Source: an uncultured Pelagibacteraceae bacterium
GTDB lineage: Bacteria > Pseudomonadota > Alphaproteobacteria > Pelagibacterales > AG-422-B15
Length of the DNA: 64,000 nt
Direction of reading: 5' to 3'
Assembly: GCA_902610585.1 (NCBI GenBank)
Contig: CACLWE010000001.1
Span: forward strand, 110,970 to 174,969
Below the pieces are notes generated by a model. It was not told the origin of the DNA and did no database searches. It saw nothing but the letters and a program-made list of their open reading frames with translations. This document shows positions 43,658 to 52,761 of this stretch, piece after piece. The position numbers and the translations under genes are program-made. Each line of letters starts with the position of its first letter. The stretch's first letter is position 1.

Positions 43658-44320
43658 ATGAATTCTGATATTTTTAATAACTATAATAAATTACTCCTAA
43701 GTTCTGATCTTGAAAGAATCAAAAAACTTATAGTCAGGTATAAAATTTTTGAAGAGACATTGAATGTCCCTGGGGACATAATAGAGTGTGGGGTATTTAA
43801 GGGTACAGGAATTATATATTGGTTAAAATTACTTAAGATCTTTTCTCCAAACTCAAGAAAAAAAGTTGTTGGTTTTGACTTGTTTGACGCATTTAATGAT
43901 GATCAAGCACAAGAATATGAAAAAAAGAGTATTCAAGAATTTGTTAAAGAAGCAAATTTTAGCGGTCAGGACATAGAAGAGCTTAATAAGATTGCGAATT
44001 CAATTTCTATGTCAGACAGATTTGAATTAGTAAAAGGTGACATAGTTTCTACTTCAAAAGACTATGTAAAAAATAACAGAGGATTTAAAATTTCTCTTCT
44101 GCATCTTGATCTAGATACATACAATGCAACAAAAAGTGCCCTCGAGAATTTTTTTCAATTTGTATCAAAAGGTGGCATTATATTAATAGATGAGTATGGA
44201 GAAAGAGGATGGGGCGAGAGTGAAGCTGTCGATGAATTTTTTAGAGATAAAGACATTCAAATTATAACAGTTCCTAATTCATCAAAACCCACCGCGTATA
44301 TTAAAAAAATTAATTTTTAA
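43658..44320 (+). CDS. TylF/MycF-like (macrocin-type) SAM-dependent sugar O-methyltransferase
   Basis: Contains GDIIECGVFKGTG, a HLDLDTY metal-site pattern and GGIILIDEY. Size is 220 aa. Confidence 0.75.
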   Translation: MNSDIFNNYNKLLLSSDLERIKKLIVRYKIFEETLNVPGDIIECGVFKGTGIIYWLKLLKIFSPNSRKKVVGFDLFDAFNDDQAQEYEKKSIQEFVKEANFSGQDIEELNKIANSISMSDRFELVKGDIVSTSKDYVKNNRGFKISLLHLDLDTYNATKSALENFFQFVSKGGIILIDEYGERGWGESEAVDEFFRDKDIQIITVPNSSKPTAYIKKINF

Positions 44321-44322
44321 GC

Positions 44323-45126
44323 ATGATAAATTTTGGAGTTATGCAGGGTAGATTGTCTAAAAAACAGAAACTGCAGGAATTTCCGTACGAAAATTGGCAA
44401 AAAGAATTAAAATTGTTATCTAATTTTGGATTTAATTGTATCGAATGGCTCATTGATAAAAGAGATGATGATAAAAATATATTTTTTGATAAAAATTTTA
44501 CTTTTTTTAAAAACGAGCAAGAAATAAAAAATATACTAATTAGAAGTGTATGTCTTCACTATTTTATTGATAATCCAATTAATTTTGATGATGCACCTAA
44601 AAACTATTCATTTACATTTTTAGAATCTATTCTATCCATATGTTGTATTAATAATATCAATAATATAATTTTTCCAATTTCTGATGAATTACTAAAATTT
44701 AAAGGTCAGCAATTAGTCTGCTTCTTTGAAAGAATTTCTCGTTTAAAATTCATCAAACCAAATATTAGAATTTTATTTGAGGTTGATAGTGAATTTGAAC
44801 TGTCAATTAATTTAATAGATAGGTTAAATAAAAATTTCGATATTTTTGGTCTATGTTACGATTTAGGTAATGCAAACTATCATGGACGCAGCATAATTTA
44901 CGACTTCAAATTACTAAATAAGTATATTTATGAAATTCATGTAAAAGATAAGGATAAACTCGGTAATAATGTTTATCTAGGCAAAGGCAACGTAAAATTT
45001 GAAGAATTTAAAACAGAATATCCAAAACTTGGAAAATTAAATAATATAATATTTGAGACAAACACTTATCTTGATCCTTTGGATACAATGAAAAAAAATG
45101 TTAAATTCATTAGAGCTTTTTTATGA
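44323..45126 (+). CDS. xylose-isomerase-like TIM-barrel protein (sugar phosphate isomerase/epimerase family)
   Basis: At 267 aa it shows the pattern GVMQGRL...FP...W..E......G...IEW, later EIHVKD and FET. The assignment is moderate. Confidence 0.5.
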   Translation: MINFGVMQGRLSKKQKLQEFPYENWQKELKLLSNFGFNCIEWLIDKRDDDKNIFFDKNFTFFKNEQEIKNILIRSVCLHYFIDNPINFDDAPKNYSFTFLESILSICCINNINNIIFPISDELLKFKGQQLVCFFERISRLKFIKPNIRILFEVDSEFELSINLIDRLNKNFDIFGLCYDLGNANYHGRSIIYDFKLLNKYIYEIHVKDKDKLGNNVYLGKGNVKFEEFKTEYPKLGKLNNIIFETNTYLDPLDTMKKNVKFIRAFL

Positions 45127-46121
45127 GATTCTTAATTATTGGATTGGGATCAGCAGGACAAAGACACTTAAAGAATATTTATAGTATTTATCCGGGAAGT
45201 CATTGTTATGCACTTAAAAGCACAAATATTAATAAATTAATAAACCATAAAAATCAGCTTTTAATAGATAAAAGAATAGAGCATGCTTACAAAATAAAAT
45301 TTCTTAAAACAATAAACGAAGCCAAAATTATAAAGCCAAATTTTGTTATCATATCATCTGTAACATCCAAGCATCTGGAACATGTAGAGTTTCTTTTAAA
45401 GCTCGATTGTAAAATACTAATTGAAAAACCTCTTTCAAGTAATTGGCGGCATATTGATAAGTTAAAAAAAATAAAAAATATTGATAATAAGGTATTTGTA
45501 GGTTTTCAATATAGATTCCATCCAATTTTAAACAAAATTAAGAACACAATTAAAAAAAAATCATTTGGAAATTTAGTTTCTGTACATTTTTATAATGGAG
45601 AGTATCTGCCATATATGCATAAATATGAAAATTATCAAAATGGTTATGCTGCAGTTAAAAAACTAGGCGGAGGGTCATTACTTACTCAGATTCACGAGAT
45701 TGACTTAGCGCTATACTTTTTTGGCAATCCTATAAAAATTTTCTCAGTGGGAGGGAAACTGTCTAATTTGAAAATTAATGTGGAAGATTCTGTTCACCTT
45801 TTAATGGAATTCAAAAGGTTCCAGAAAAAATTCCCCACTTCAATTATATTAAATTTTTTGTCACCATTAAAAAAAGAAATAGAAATACTAAGTGATAAAT
45901 ATAAAATTACATTTAATTTTAAAGATAAGTTTTATAATTGTTATAATTTGAAAACTTTAAGAGAAAATAAAATTAAATTTAATTTTACAAGGGATGATAT
46001 GTTTATTGCAGAACTAAAGGCCTTAGTAAGTGGAAAAAATTCAAATAAATTAGTTACTTTTAATGAATCTATAGAAGGCTTAAAAATCATTAAAAGGGTA
46101 AAAAAAAATATTAGCGTTTAA
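45123..46121 (+). CDS. Gfo/Idh/MocA-family NAD(P)-dependent oxidoreductase
   Basis: Has an N-terminal Rossmann motif FLIIGLGSAGQRH and the EKP motif (LIEKPLS). It has an ATGA overlap with the upstream gene. Confidence 0.75.
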   Translation: MRFLIIGLGSAGQRHLKNIYSIYPGSHCYALKSTNINKLINHKNQLLIDKRIEHAYKIKFLKTINEAKIIKPNFVIISSVTSKHLEHVEFLLKLDCKILIEKPLSSNWRHIDKLKKIKNIDNKVFVGFQYRFHPILNKIKNTIKKKSFGNLVSVHFYNGEYLPYMHKYENYQNGYAAVKKLGGGSLLTQIHEIDLALYFFGNPIKIFSVGGKLSNLKINVEDSVHLLMEFKRFQKKFPTSIILNFLSPLKKEIEILSDKYKITFNFKDKFYNCYNLKTLRENKIKFNFTRDDMFIAELKALVSGKNSNKLVTFNESIEGLKIIKRVKKNISV

Positions 46122-46124
46122 TCA

Positions 46125-46871
46125 ATGAAAAATATTAAAACTTTTTATGCTTTAATTCCGGCAAGAGGAGGATCAAAAGGTGTTCCTAGAAAAAATATTG
46201 TCAAAATCAATGGAAAACCTCTAATCTCATATACAATTGAGCAATCAATCAAGTCTAAACTAATTGACAAAACTTTTGTTTCAACAGATGATCCAGAAAT
46301 TGCATTGATATCAAAAAAATATGGTGCAATCGTTCCATTTAAAAGGCCAAAAAAAATATCAGGGGATTTTGCTACAGATCTTGATGTGTTCTTTAACTTT
46401 GCAAAGTTTTTAGAAAAAAATGGTGATTTGCCAGATTATTTTGTCCATTTAAGGGCAACAAATCCAATGAGAAAGTTAACCACAATTGATAAGGCCATTA
46501 AGATAATGAGACAAAATTATAGTTATGATACTCTCAGGTCTGTAAACATAGCCAGTCAATCCCCATATAAAATGTGGCTGATAAAAAATAACAATTTGGA
46601 ACAATTAATAAAATATAGAAATTCTGATAATTCTCATTCTATGCCAAGACAGTCATTACCAATCGTATATTGGCAAAATGGATATATTGATATTATTAAA
46701 TCGTCAGTGATTTTAAAAAAAAGCTCAATGACTGGTAGCAAAATATACCCATTAATAATTAGTGAAAAGATATATGAAGTTGATTATCCTGAGGACGTAA
46801 TAAAATTAGAAAAAGCTATGAAGAAAAAAAAATCCACAAGCTTGAAAAAAGGAATAAGGTATCCAGTGTGA
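46125..46871 (+). CDS. acylneuraminate-type cytidylyltransferase (CMP-ulosonic-acid synthetase, CTP_transf_3)
   Basis: Has the N-terminal signature ALIPARGGSKGVPRKN. Size is 248 aa. Confidence 0.82.
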   Translation: MKNIKTFYALIPARGGSKGVPRKNIVKINGKPLISYTIEQSIKSKLIDKTFVSTDDPEIALISKKYGAIVPFKRPKKISGDFATDLDVFFNFAKFLEKNGDLPDYFVHLRATNPMRKLTTIDKAIKIMRQNYSYDTLRSVNIASQSPYKMWLIKNNNLEQLIKYRNSDNSHSMPRQSLPIVYWQNGYIDIIKSSVILKKSSMTGSKIYPLIISEKIYEVDYPEDVIKLEKAMKKKKSTSLKKGIRYPV

Positions 46872-47683
46872 AAGGGGATAAACTGAGAAACTTCAACCTA
46901 GATGGTAAACTTATCATTTTAACAGGTGGCGCGGGTTACTTAGCTGAAGAATTTACTGAGGAAATACTTAAATTTAATGGAAGAGTTATATTAGTTGATA
47001 TTAATTTAAAACTATTAAAATTAAGAATTAAGAAATTTGAAAAAGAATATAGAAATAAAATATTTACATATAAATGTGATCTTACTTCTGAGTCGCAGGT
47101 AAAAAAAATGTTTGGGGATATTGAAAAAAAGATTGGTCTGCCTAACGTATTAATAAATAATGCCGCTTCAAATCCAACCATGATTAAATCTTCAAAAGGA
47201 AGCAATAATTTTGAGAATTTTTCAATTAACCAGTGGCAATTCGATATAGCATCTGGTCTTACCAGTGCTTTTTTATGTTCAAAATATTTCGGAAAGATAA
47301 ATACATCTCAAAATAGAGTAATACTCAATATTTCATCAGATTTAGGATTAATTGCTCCAAATCAAGGGCTTTACCAGGACAAAACAGGAAGTAACTTTAA
47401 ACCAGTAAGCTATTCAGTAGTAAAGCACGGGATTATTGGTCTTACAAAATATACAGCAACGTTTTGGAATGAAAAAAATATCAGGTGCAATGCAGTAGCG
47501 TTTGGGGGAGTTTTTAATAATCAAAACCTAAAATTTTTAAATAAAATTAAAAAACTGATTCCAATGAATAGAATGGCAAATAAATCTGAGTATAATTCGG
47601 CGATAGTATTTTTAATATCTGATGCTTCATCTTATATGAACGGATCTGTAACAGTAATTGATGGAGGAAGAACTGCTTGGTAA
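46868..47683 (+). CDS. short-chain dehydrogenase/reductase (SDR)
   Basis: Contains LTGGAGYLA (TGxxxGxG-like), NNAA and the catalytic YSVVK motif. It has a GTGA start/stop overlap. Confidence 0.8.
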   Translation: MKGDKLRNFNLDGKLIILTGGAGYLAEEFTEEILKFNGRVILVDINLKLLKLRIKKFEKEYRNKIFTYKCDLTSESQVKKMFGDIEKKIGLPNVLINNAASNPTMIKSSKGSNNFENFSINQWQFDIASGLTSAFLCSKYFGKINTSQNRVILNISSDLGLIAPNQGLYQDKTGSNFKPVSYSVVKHGIIGLTKYTATFWNEKNIRCNAVAFGGVFNNQNLKFLNKIKKLIPMNRMANKSEYNSAIVFLISDASSYMNGSVTVIDGGRTAW

Positions 47684-48531
47684 AAAAAAATTCAGAATGC
47701 TATTTATGTAAATCTAAAGATTTTAAAAAATTATTGAATTCTACTAGAGATTTAAAAGGCGTCTATCCAATTATTTGCAATAAGTGTAACCTCGTTACTC
47801 TGAATTCATTTACTCACATAAAAGAAAATCATTATGAAAATTCCGGTATTCATGGAAAAAATAAATTATCAATTTCTGATTGGATTAAACTTGCAAAAAA
47901 AGATGATGAAAGAAGATATAATTACTTAAATAAATTTATAAAAGGTAAAAAGGTACTCGATTTCGGATGCGGTGCAGGTGGTTTTTTAGCTATGTCTAAA
48001 AAGATTGCAAAATATGTAGCAGGGGTTGAACCAGAGATAAGAGTTCAAAAGTATTGGGATAGTAAAATAAATATACAACCAGAAATTGAAAAATTTAATC
48101 AAAAATTTGATTTAATTACTTGCTTCCATGTAATAGAACATGTGATGGAGCCAATAAATACAATAAAAATTTTAAAAAAATTTTTAAATAAAAATGGTAC
48201 ATTGATCATAGAAGTTCCGAATCATGAAGATGCACTATTGTCACTATACAACTCAAAGAGTTTTATTAACTCTTATTACTGGAGTCAGCACTTATATGTC
48301 TTTAATGAAAAAACACTTAAGCAGCTGATAAAAAAAACAGGTTTTAAAAATATTAATATCAAACAAATTCAAAGATACCCTTTATCAAATCATTTATACT
48401 GGCTCTCTAAAGGTCTACCAGCTGGTCAAGTACATTGGAGTTTTTTAAATGATACTGTAATTGAACAGAAATATTCACAGCAATTAGCTAGTCAAAGTAA
48501 ATGTGATACTATCCTTGCGCTTTGTAAATAA
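47677..48531 (+). CDS. class I SAM methyltransferase with an N-terminal CxxC...CxxC zinc ribbon
   Basis: Contains CYLC...CNKC, then VLDFGCGAGGF, FDLITCFHVIEHV and GTLIIEVPN motifs. It appears to use a TTG start, as there is no in-frame ATG nearby. Confidence 0.75.
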   Translation: MVKKNSECYLCKSKDFKKLLNSTRDLKGVYPIICNKCNLVTLNSFTHIKENHYENSGIHGKNKLSISDWIKLAKKDDERRYNYLNKFIKGKKVLDFGCGAGGFLAMSKKIAKYVAGVEPEIRVQKYWDSKINIQPEIEKFNQKFDLITCFHVIEHVMEPINTIKILKKFLNKNGTLIIEVPNHEDALLSLYNSKSFINSYYWSQHLYVFNEKTLKQLIKKTGFKNINIKQIQRYPLSNHLYWLSKGLPAGQVHWSFLNDTVIEQKYSQQLASQSKCDTILALCK

Positions 48532-48569
48532 ACCCTTTTTTTTAGATAAAATTAATATATTAGTTACTA

Positions 48570-49412
48570 ATGAAAAAAATATTTTTTATTGCTGAAATTG
48601 GAATTAACCATAATGGCGATTTGGATATTGCTAAAAAACTAATTGATGAGTCAGCTAAAGCAGGTTTTGACGCAGTTAAGTTTCAGAAAAGGACAATTGA
48701 TATAGTATATGATAAAGCTCTTTTAGATAGTCCAAGAGAAAGTCCTTGGGGAACAACTCAAAGAGATCAAAAAGAAGGTTTAGAGTTTTCGGAGAAAGAT
48801 TATCTCGAAATTGATAAGTACTGCAGGATGAAGAATATTGAATGGTTTGCTTCAGCATGGGATATCGAAAGTCTAGATTTTTTAGATCAGTTTAATCTTA
48901 AATTCAATAAAATTGCCTCAGCAATGATAGTTGATGAAGATTTTTTGACAGCAGTTGCGGAAAAAAAATTGCATACATTTATCTCAACTGGCATGTCCAC
49001 AATAAAAGATATTGAAAAAGCAGTTTCAATTTTCAGAAATGTGAACACTTCATTTGAGCTTATGCACTGTTTTTCCACCTATCCAATGAGGACTGAAGAT
49101 GCAAATTTATTAACCATAAAAGATATGAAAGAAAAATTTAATTGTGATGTTGGATATAGTGGACATGAAAATGGATTAGCAGTTTCATATGCCGCTTCAA
49201 TGCTTGGAATTTCCTCATTAGAAAGACATGTAACTCTTGATAGGACTATGTATGGATCAGATCAAGCAGCCTCCATTGAACCCAGAGGAATGCAAGAACT
49301 TATATCTGTAATTAATAAAATGTATATTGCTCTTGGAAAAATAAAGACGGGAGAAATATTGAAAGATGAAATTGCAATTGCAGAAAAATTAAGGGCTCAT
49401 ATTAAGAGATAG
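48570..49412 (+). CDS. NeuB-family sialic/ulosonic-acid synthase, catalytic barrel only (no C-terminal SAF domain)
   Basis: Contains FFIAEIGINHNGDLDIAKKLID.AK.AGFDAVKFQ, STGMS, GYSGHENG and LERHVT motifs. At 280 aa it is much shorter than the ~340-350 aa of canonical NeuB. Confidence 0.85.
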   Translation: MKKIFFIAEIGINHNGDLDIAKKLIDESAKAGFDAVKFQKRTIDIVYDKALLDSPRESPWGTTQRDQKEGLEFSEKDYLEIDKYCRMKNIEWFASAWDIESLDFLDQFNLKFNKIASAMIVDEDFLTAVAEKKLHTFISTGMSTIKDIEKAVSIFRNVNTSFELMHCFSTYPMRTEDANLLTIKDMKEKFNCDVGYSGHENGLAVSYAASMLGISSLERHVTLDRTMYGSDQAASIEPRGMQELISVINKMYIALGKIKTGEILKDEIAIAEKLRAHIKR

Positions 49413-49423
49413 AATCTATCCAG

Positions 49424-49753
49424 ATGAAAAAAATTTGCTTTGATTTAGATGGAGTAATTTGTAGTAACACATATGGTGAATACGATAAAGCCAAACCTAT
49501 TCCAAAAGCTATACAAAAAATTAATAGGCTATATGAAGAGGGAAATGAAATAATCATTTTTACAGCAAGATTCATGGGAAGGACAGGTGGCGATTTTAAA
49601 AAATCCTATGAATTTGGATTTGATCAGGCAAAATCTCAAATAGACTCTTGGGGATTAAAATATCATCAACTGAAATTGGGAAAACCTGAGTATGATATTA
49701 TTGTTGATGATAAAGGATTTGGATATAGTGAGAAATGGATTGATGAATTATGA
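49424..49753 (+). CDS. minimal capless HAD-superfamily phosphatase-like protein (109 aa)
   Basis: All four HAD motifs are present in order: FDLDGVI (I), IIIFTAR (II), KLGKP (III) and IIVDDKG (IV). Confidence 0.6.
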   Translation: MKKICFDLDGVICSNTYGEYDKAKPIPKAIQKINRLYEEGNEIIIFTARFMGRTGGDFKKSYEFGFDQAKSQIDSWGLKYHQLKLGKPEYDIIVDDKGFGYSEKWIDEL

Positions 49754-49783
49754 AACACTTATTTATAATTTTTGTATAATGTT

Positions 49784-50779
49784 ATGAAGATACTCGTTAC
49801 AGGAAGTGGTGGATTTATAGGTTTTCACTTATCTAAGTACCTTCTTGACAAAAATCATACGGTCTTTGGATATGATAATATGAACTCTTACTATGATGTA
49901 AAATTAAAAAGAGATAGAATTAAAATTTTATCAAAAAGCAAAAAAAAATTCATTTTTACTAAAGGTAATTTGGAAGATTTTAAAAAATTAGATAATGTAG
50001 TAAAAAAAAATAAAATAAAAATAATTGTTCATCTAGCTGCCCAAGCCGGTGTAAGGCATTCTGTCCAGAATCCGAGAGATTATTTTAATAGTAATATTAA
50101 AGGATTTTTCAATATATTAGAAACTTCTAAAATCAATAAAATTGAGCATCTTCTATTTGCATCTACTAGTTCAGTGTACGGTGATGGAAAAAATTTTCCA
50201 CTTAAAGAAACTGAAAATACCGATCATCCATTGTCTTTTTATGCTGCAACCAAAAAAAGTAATGAAGTAATGGCGTATGCTTATAGTCACATATACAATT
50301 TACCAGCTACAGGATTAAGATTCTTTACAGTATATGGCCCTTACGGTCGGCCTGATATGGCGTTATTTAAATTTATTAAAAATATGATGATGAAAAGACC
50401 TATTGAGTTATATAATAAAGGAAATCATATTCGAGATTTCACTTATGTGGATGATGTAGTTGTTTCAATATCGAAGCTTATAAATAAACCTCCAGTTAAG
50501 AAAGTGCCATATGATGTTTTTAATATAGCTGGTAATGAGCCTAGGCACCTAAAGGAATTTTTACGTATTATAGAGAAATATTTAAATATCAAACCAAAAG
50601 TTAAGCTTTTAAAGATGCAAATTGGAGACGTACATAAAACAGATGCTAATGTAAATAAACTTATTAATAAAATAAAATTCAAACCAAAAATAAAAGCTGA
50701 AGAAGGAATATCGAAGTTTATCGATTGGTATAAAAATCAATTCAATCAAGAAAGTAAAAAAAATGAAAATAGTTGTTGA
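49784..50779 (+). CDS. NAD-dependent nucleotide-sugar epimerase, UDP-glucuronate 4-epimerase-like
   Basis: Contains MKILVTGSGGFIGFHL, DN.NSYYDV.LK, YAATKKSNE (YxxxK) and RFFTVYGPYGRPDMA motifs. I prefer the ATG at 49784. Confidence 0.82.
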   Translation: MKILVTGSGGFIGFHLSKYLLDKNHTVFGYDNMNSYYDVKLKRDRIKILSKSKKKFIFTKGNLEDFKKLDNVVKKNKIKIIVHLAAQAGVRHSVQNPRDYFNSNIKGFFNILETSKINKIEHLLFASTSSVYGDGKNFPLKETENTDHPLSFYAATKKSNEVMAYAYSHIYNLPATGLRFFTVYGPYGRPDMALFKFIKNMMMKRPIELYNKGNHIRDFTYVDDVVVSISKLINKPPVKKVPYDVFNIAGNEPRHLKEFLRIIEKYLNIKPKVKLLKMQIGDVHKTDANVNKLINKIKFKPKIKAEEGISKFIDWYKNQFNQESKKNENSC

Positions 50780-51488
50780 TCTTTTTAACCAACATTCAGG
50801 AAATTTCTCAGAATTAAAGAGATTATCTAGTTTAGCATTTATTAATGGTGCTGATGTAGCAAAAATACAAATTTTAAACTCAGAGAGGATCTGGGGCGAT
50901 AAATCTAGAGAATATCTAGAACTTGATTATTACCAGGTAGAAGAAATATTTGATCATTGCAAAAAAGTTGGAATAGAGTTTTTAGCTACGGTCTTTACAG
51001 CTGAACATTTAGAATGGTTAGATAAACTTGGTATTGATAAATATAAAATTGCAAGTGTCACATCCAGCTTTAAAACTCAGAGTCCTGAAGATGATAAAGC
51101 ATTATGTAGAGAAATCATTGAAAGAAAAAAAGAAACCTATTTATCTCTTGGCTTTCAGAGTCCTAATGATTTTCCTTTTGGACTGAAAAGTCATATTAAG
51201 TATTTATTCTGTATTCCAAAATATCCTACCTTACTTGATGATGAAGACTTAATTAATTTTCCTGATAAATTTTCTTCTCAAGGATATTATGGTTACAGTG
51301 ATCACACATTGGGACTTGCAGCAGGCATTAAAGCATACATGAACGGATCCCAGATCATTGAAAAGCATTTTACATTTTCAAATTCATATCAAAAAACAAA
51401 TGAAAAAGGTCATTTATGCTCTTTTAATCCAGAAAGCTTAAGAGTATTTAGAAAAATCATCACTGAATTGTCTATTTTAAATCAATAA
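50763..51488 (+). CDS. second, divergent NeuB-family synthase-like protein, SAF-less (241 aa)
   Basis: Contains FNQHSGNFSELKRL...GADVAKIQ, GIEFLATVFT...YKIASVT, YGYSDHTLG and IEKHFT motifs. Both His-containing metal motifs are retained. Confidence 0.7.
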   Translation: MKIVVDLFNQHSGNFSELKRLSSLAFINGADVAKIQILNSERIWGDKSREYLELDYYQVEEIFDHCKKVGIEFLATVFTAEHLEWLDKLGIDKYKIASVTSSFKTQSPEDDKALCREIIERKKETYLSLGFQSPNDFPFGLKSHIKYLFCIPKYPTLLDDEDLINFPDKFSSQGYYGYSDHTLGLAAGIKAYMNGSQIIEKHFTFSNSYQKTNEKGHLCSFNPESLRVFRKIITELSILNQ

Positions 51489-51510
51489 ATATCTAATATC
51501 GAAGGGAATT

Positions 51511-52755
51511 ATGGAAATCTCAGTAATCGTCACAAGTTATAATTATGATCTTTACATAGAAACTTGTCTTCGAAGTTTAATAAATCAGTCATTTAATAAA
51601 GAAAAATATGAAATTATTGTTGTAGACGATTGTTCAACTGACAATACAAAAAAAATTTTAGATTATTTTAAAGACATTAAAAATTTAAGAATAATTAGAA
51701 ATAAAAAAAATTTAGGCGTAGCTGAGTCATCAAATATTGGAATAAGAGCTGCACTTGGTAAATATATTATCAGAGTTGATGCAGATGATTATGTAAATGA
51801 GGAATTTTTATATCAACTTCATTTATTTTATCGATACAACTCACAAGCTTTTGGAGTAGCCTGCGATTATATATATGTTAATAACAATGGGACTAAATTA
51901 AAACGCGTCTCTGCGAAAGAGGTACCAGTTTCATGTGGTATCATGTATTCAAAAGACAAACTTGTTAAGAATGGTCTTTATAAGAGATCTTGGCGTCATA
52001 GAGAAGAAGAAGAGCTAAGAAAAAGAATTGGAGAGGATTATAAGATCGAATATCTTTCGATGCCTTTATACAGATATAGAATGCATAAGAGTAATAAAAC
52101 TAAACAACTCAAAAATATGCGTTCATTCAAACAAAAATTAAGCAAAAGTCTAAGATTAAAAAAATCAGCTGGGCATACCGTAGTTGTTATTCCTGCAAGA
52201 AAAAATTCAAAAAGATTAAAAAATAAAAATAAAACATTATTGTGGGGTGAGCCATTAATTAGTTGGTCAATTAAAGCTGCAATGAATGCAGAGTATGTTG
52301 ATGCTGTATTTGTCTCAAGCGATTGCCACACCATTCTAGAAATTGCAAAAGAATTGGGGGCCTCAGTTATAAAACGACCTGCAAGCTTAAGTCTTAATAG
52401 TATTCCAAAACAAAAAGTTATAGAACATGCTATCAAATATATTGAAAAGAAAAAGAATTTAAAAGCTAAAGTAGTAGTGAGTTTACAGCCTAATTCACCT
52501 GAAGTCACATCTCAAGATATTAATAATTGTATAGAGATGTTAGTAAAAAATAGGAATAATGAAGTAATGTCTGTTGATGAGGACGGAAAACAAAATGCTG
52601 CAATCAGGGTTATGAAGTATGAAACTGTTTTTGATAGAAAGTTGAGTACATACTTTCAAGTATACACTAAAAATATTATTGATGTTCATACTTACCACGA
52701 TATTCAAATTCTTGAAAACAGAAACCAGATTTCTAAAGATGTTGAAGAAATATAG
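51511..52755 (+). CDS. fusion protein: N-terminal GT2 glycosyltransferase + C-terminal CMP-sugar cytidylyltransferase (CTP_transf_3) domain
   Basis: The N-terminal part has ISVIVTSYNYDLYIETCLRSLINQS, VVDDCSTDNT and RVDADD (DxD). From about residue 222 it reads VVVIPARKNSKRLKNKN, followed by a NeuA/KdsB-like core. The ORF is a continuous 414 aa. Confidence 0.8.
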   Translation: MEISVIVTSYNYDLYIETCLRSLINQSFNKEKYEIIVVDDCSTDNTKKILDYFKDIKNLRIIRNKKNLGVAESSNIGIRAALGKYIIRVDADDYVNEEFLYQLHLFYRYNSQAFGVACDYIYVNNNGTKLKRVSAKEVPVSCGIMYSKDKLVKNGLYKRSWRHREEEELRKRIGEDYKIEYLSMPLYRYRMHKSNKTKQLKNMRSFKQKLSKSLRLKKSAGHTVVVIPARKNSKRLKNKNKTLLWGEPLISWSIKAAMNAEYVDAVFVSSDCHTILEIAKELGASVIKRPASLSLNSIPKQKVIEHAIKYIEKKKNLKAKVVVSLQPNSPEVTSQDINNCIEMLVKNRNNEVMSVDEDGKQNAAIRVMKYETVFDRKLSTYFQVYTKNIIDVHTYHDIQILENRNQISKDVEEI

Positions 52756-52761
52756 TTTTAT

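Noticed and set aside
47681-47689. Homopolymeric A8-A9 tracts inside island genes (also near 45549, 46822, 49935, 53273 and 54206) as candidate phase-variation switches.
   Set aside because: Such tracts are frequent throughout this AT-rich genome, core genes included, because of the abundance of Lys codons. I have no evidence of length heterogeneity.
52038-52508. A 156-aa antisense ORF at the domain junction of the GT2::cytidylyltransferase fusion.
   Set aside because: The sense frame carries clear motifs on both sides of the junction. The antisense ORF is again a Lys-codon mirror artefact.
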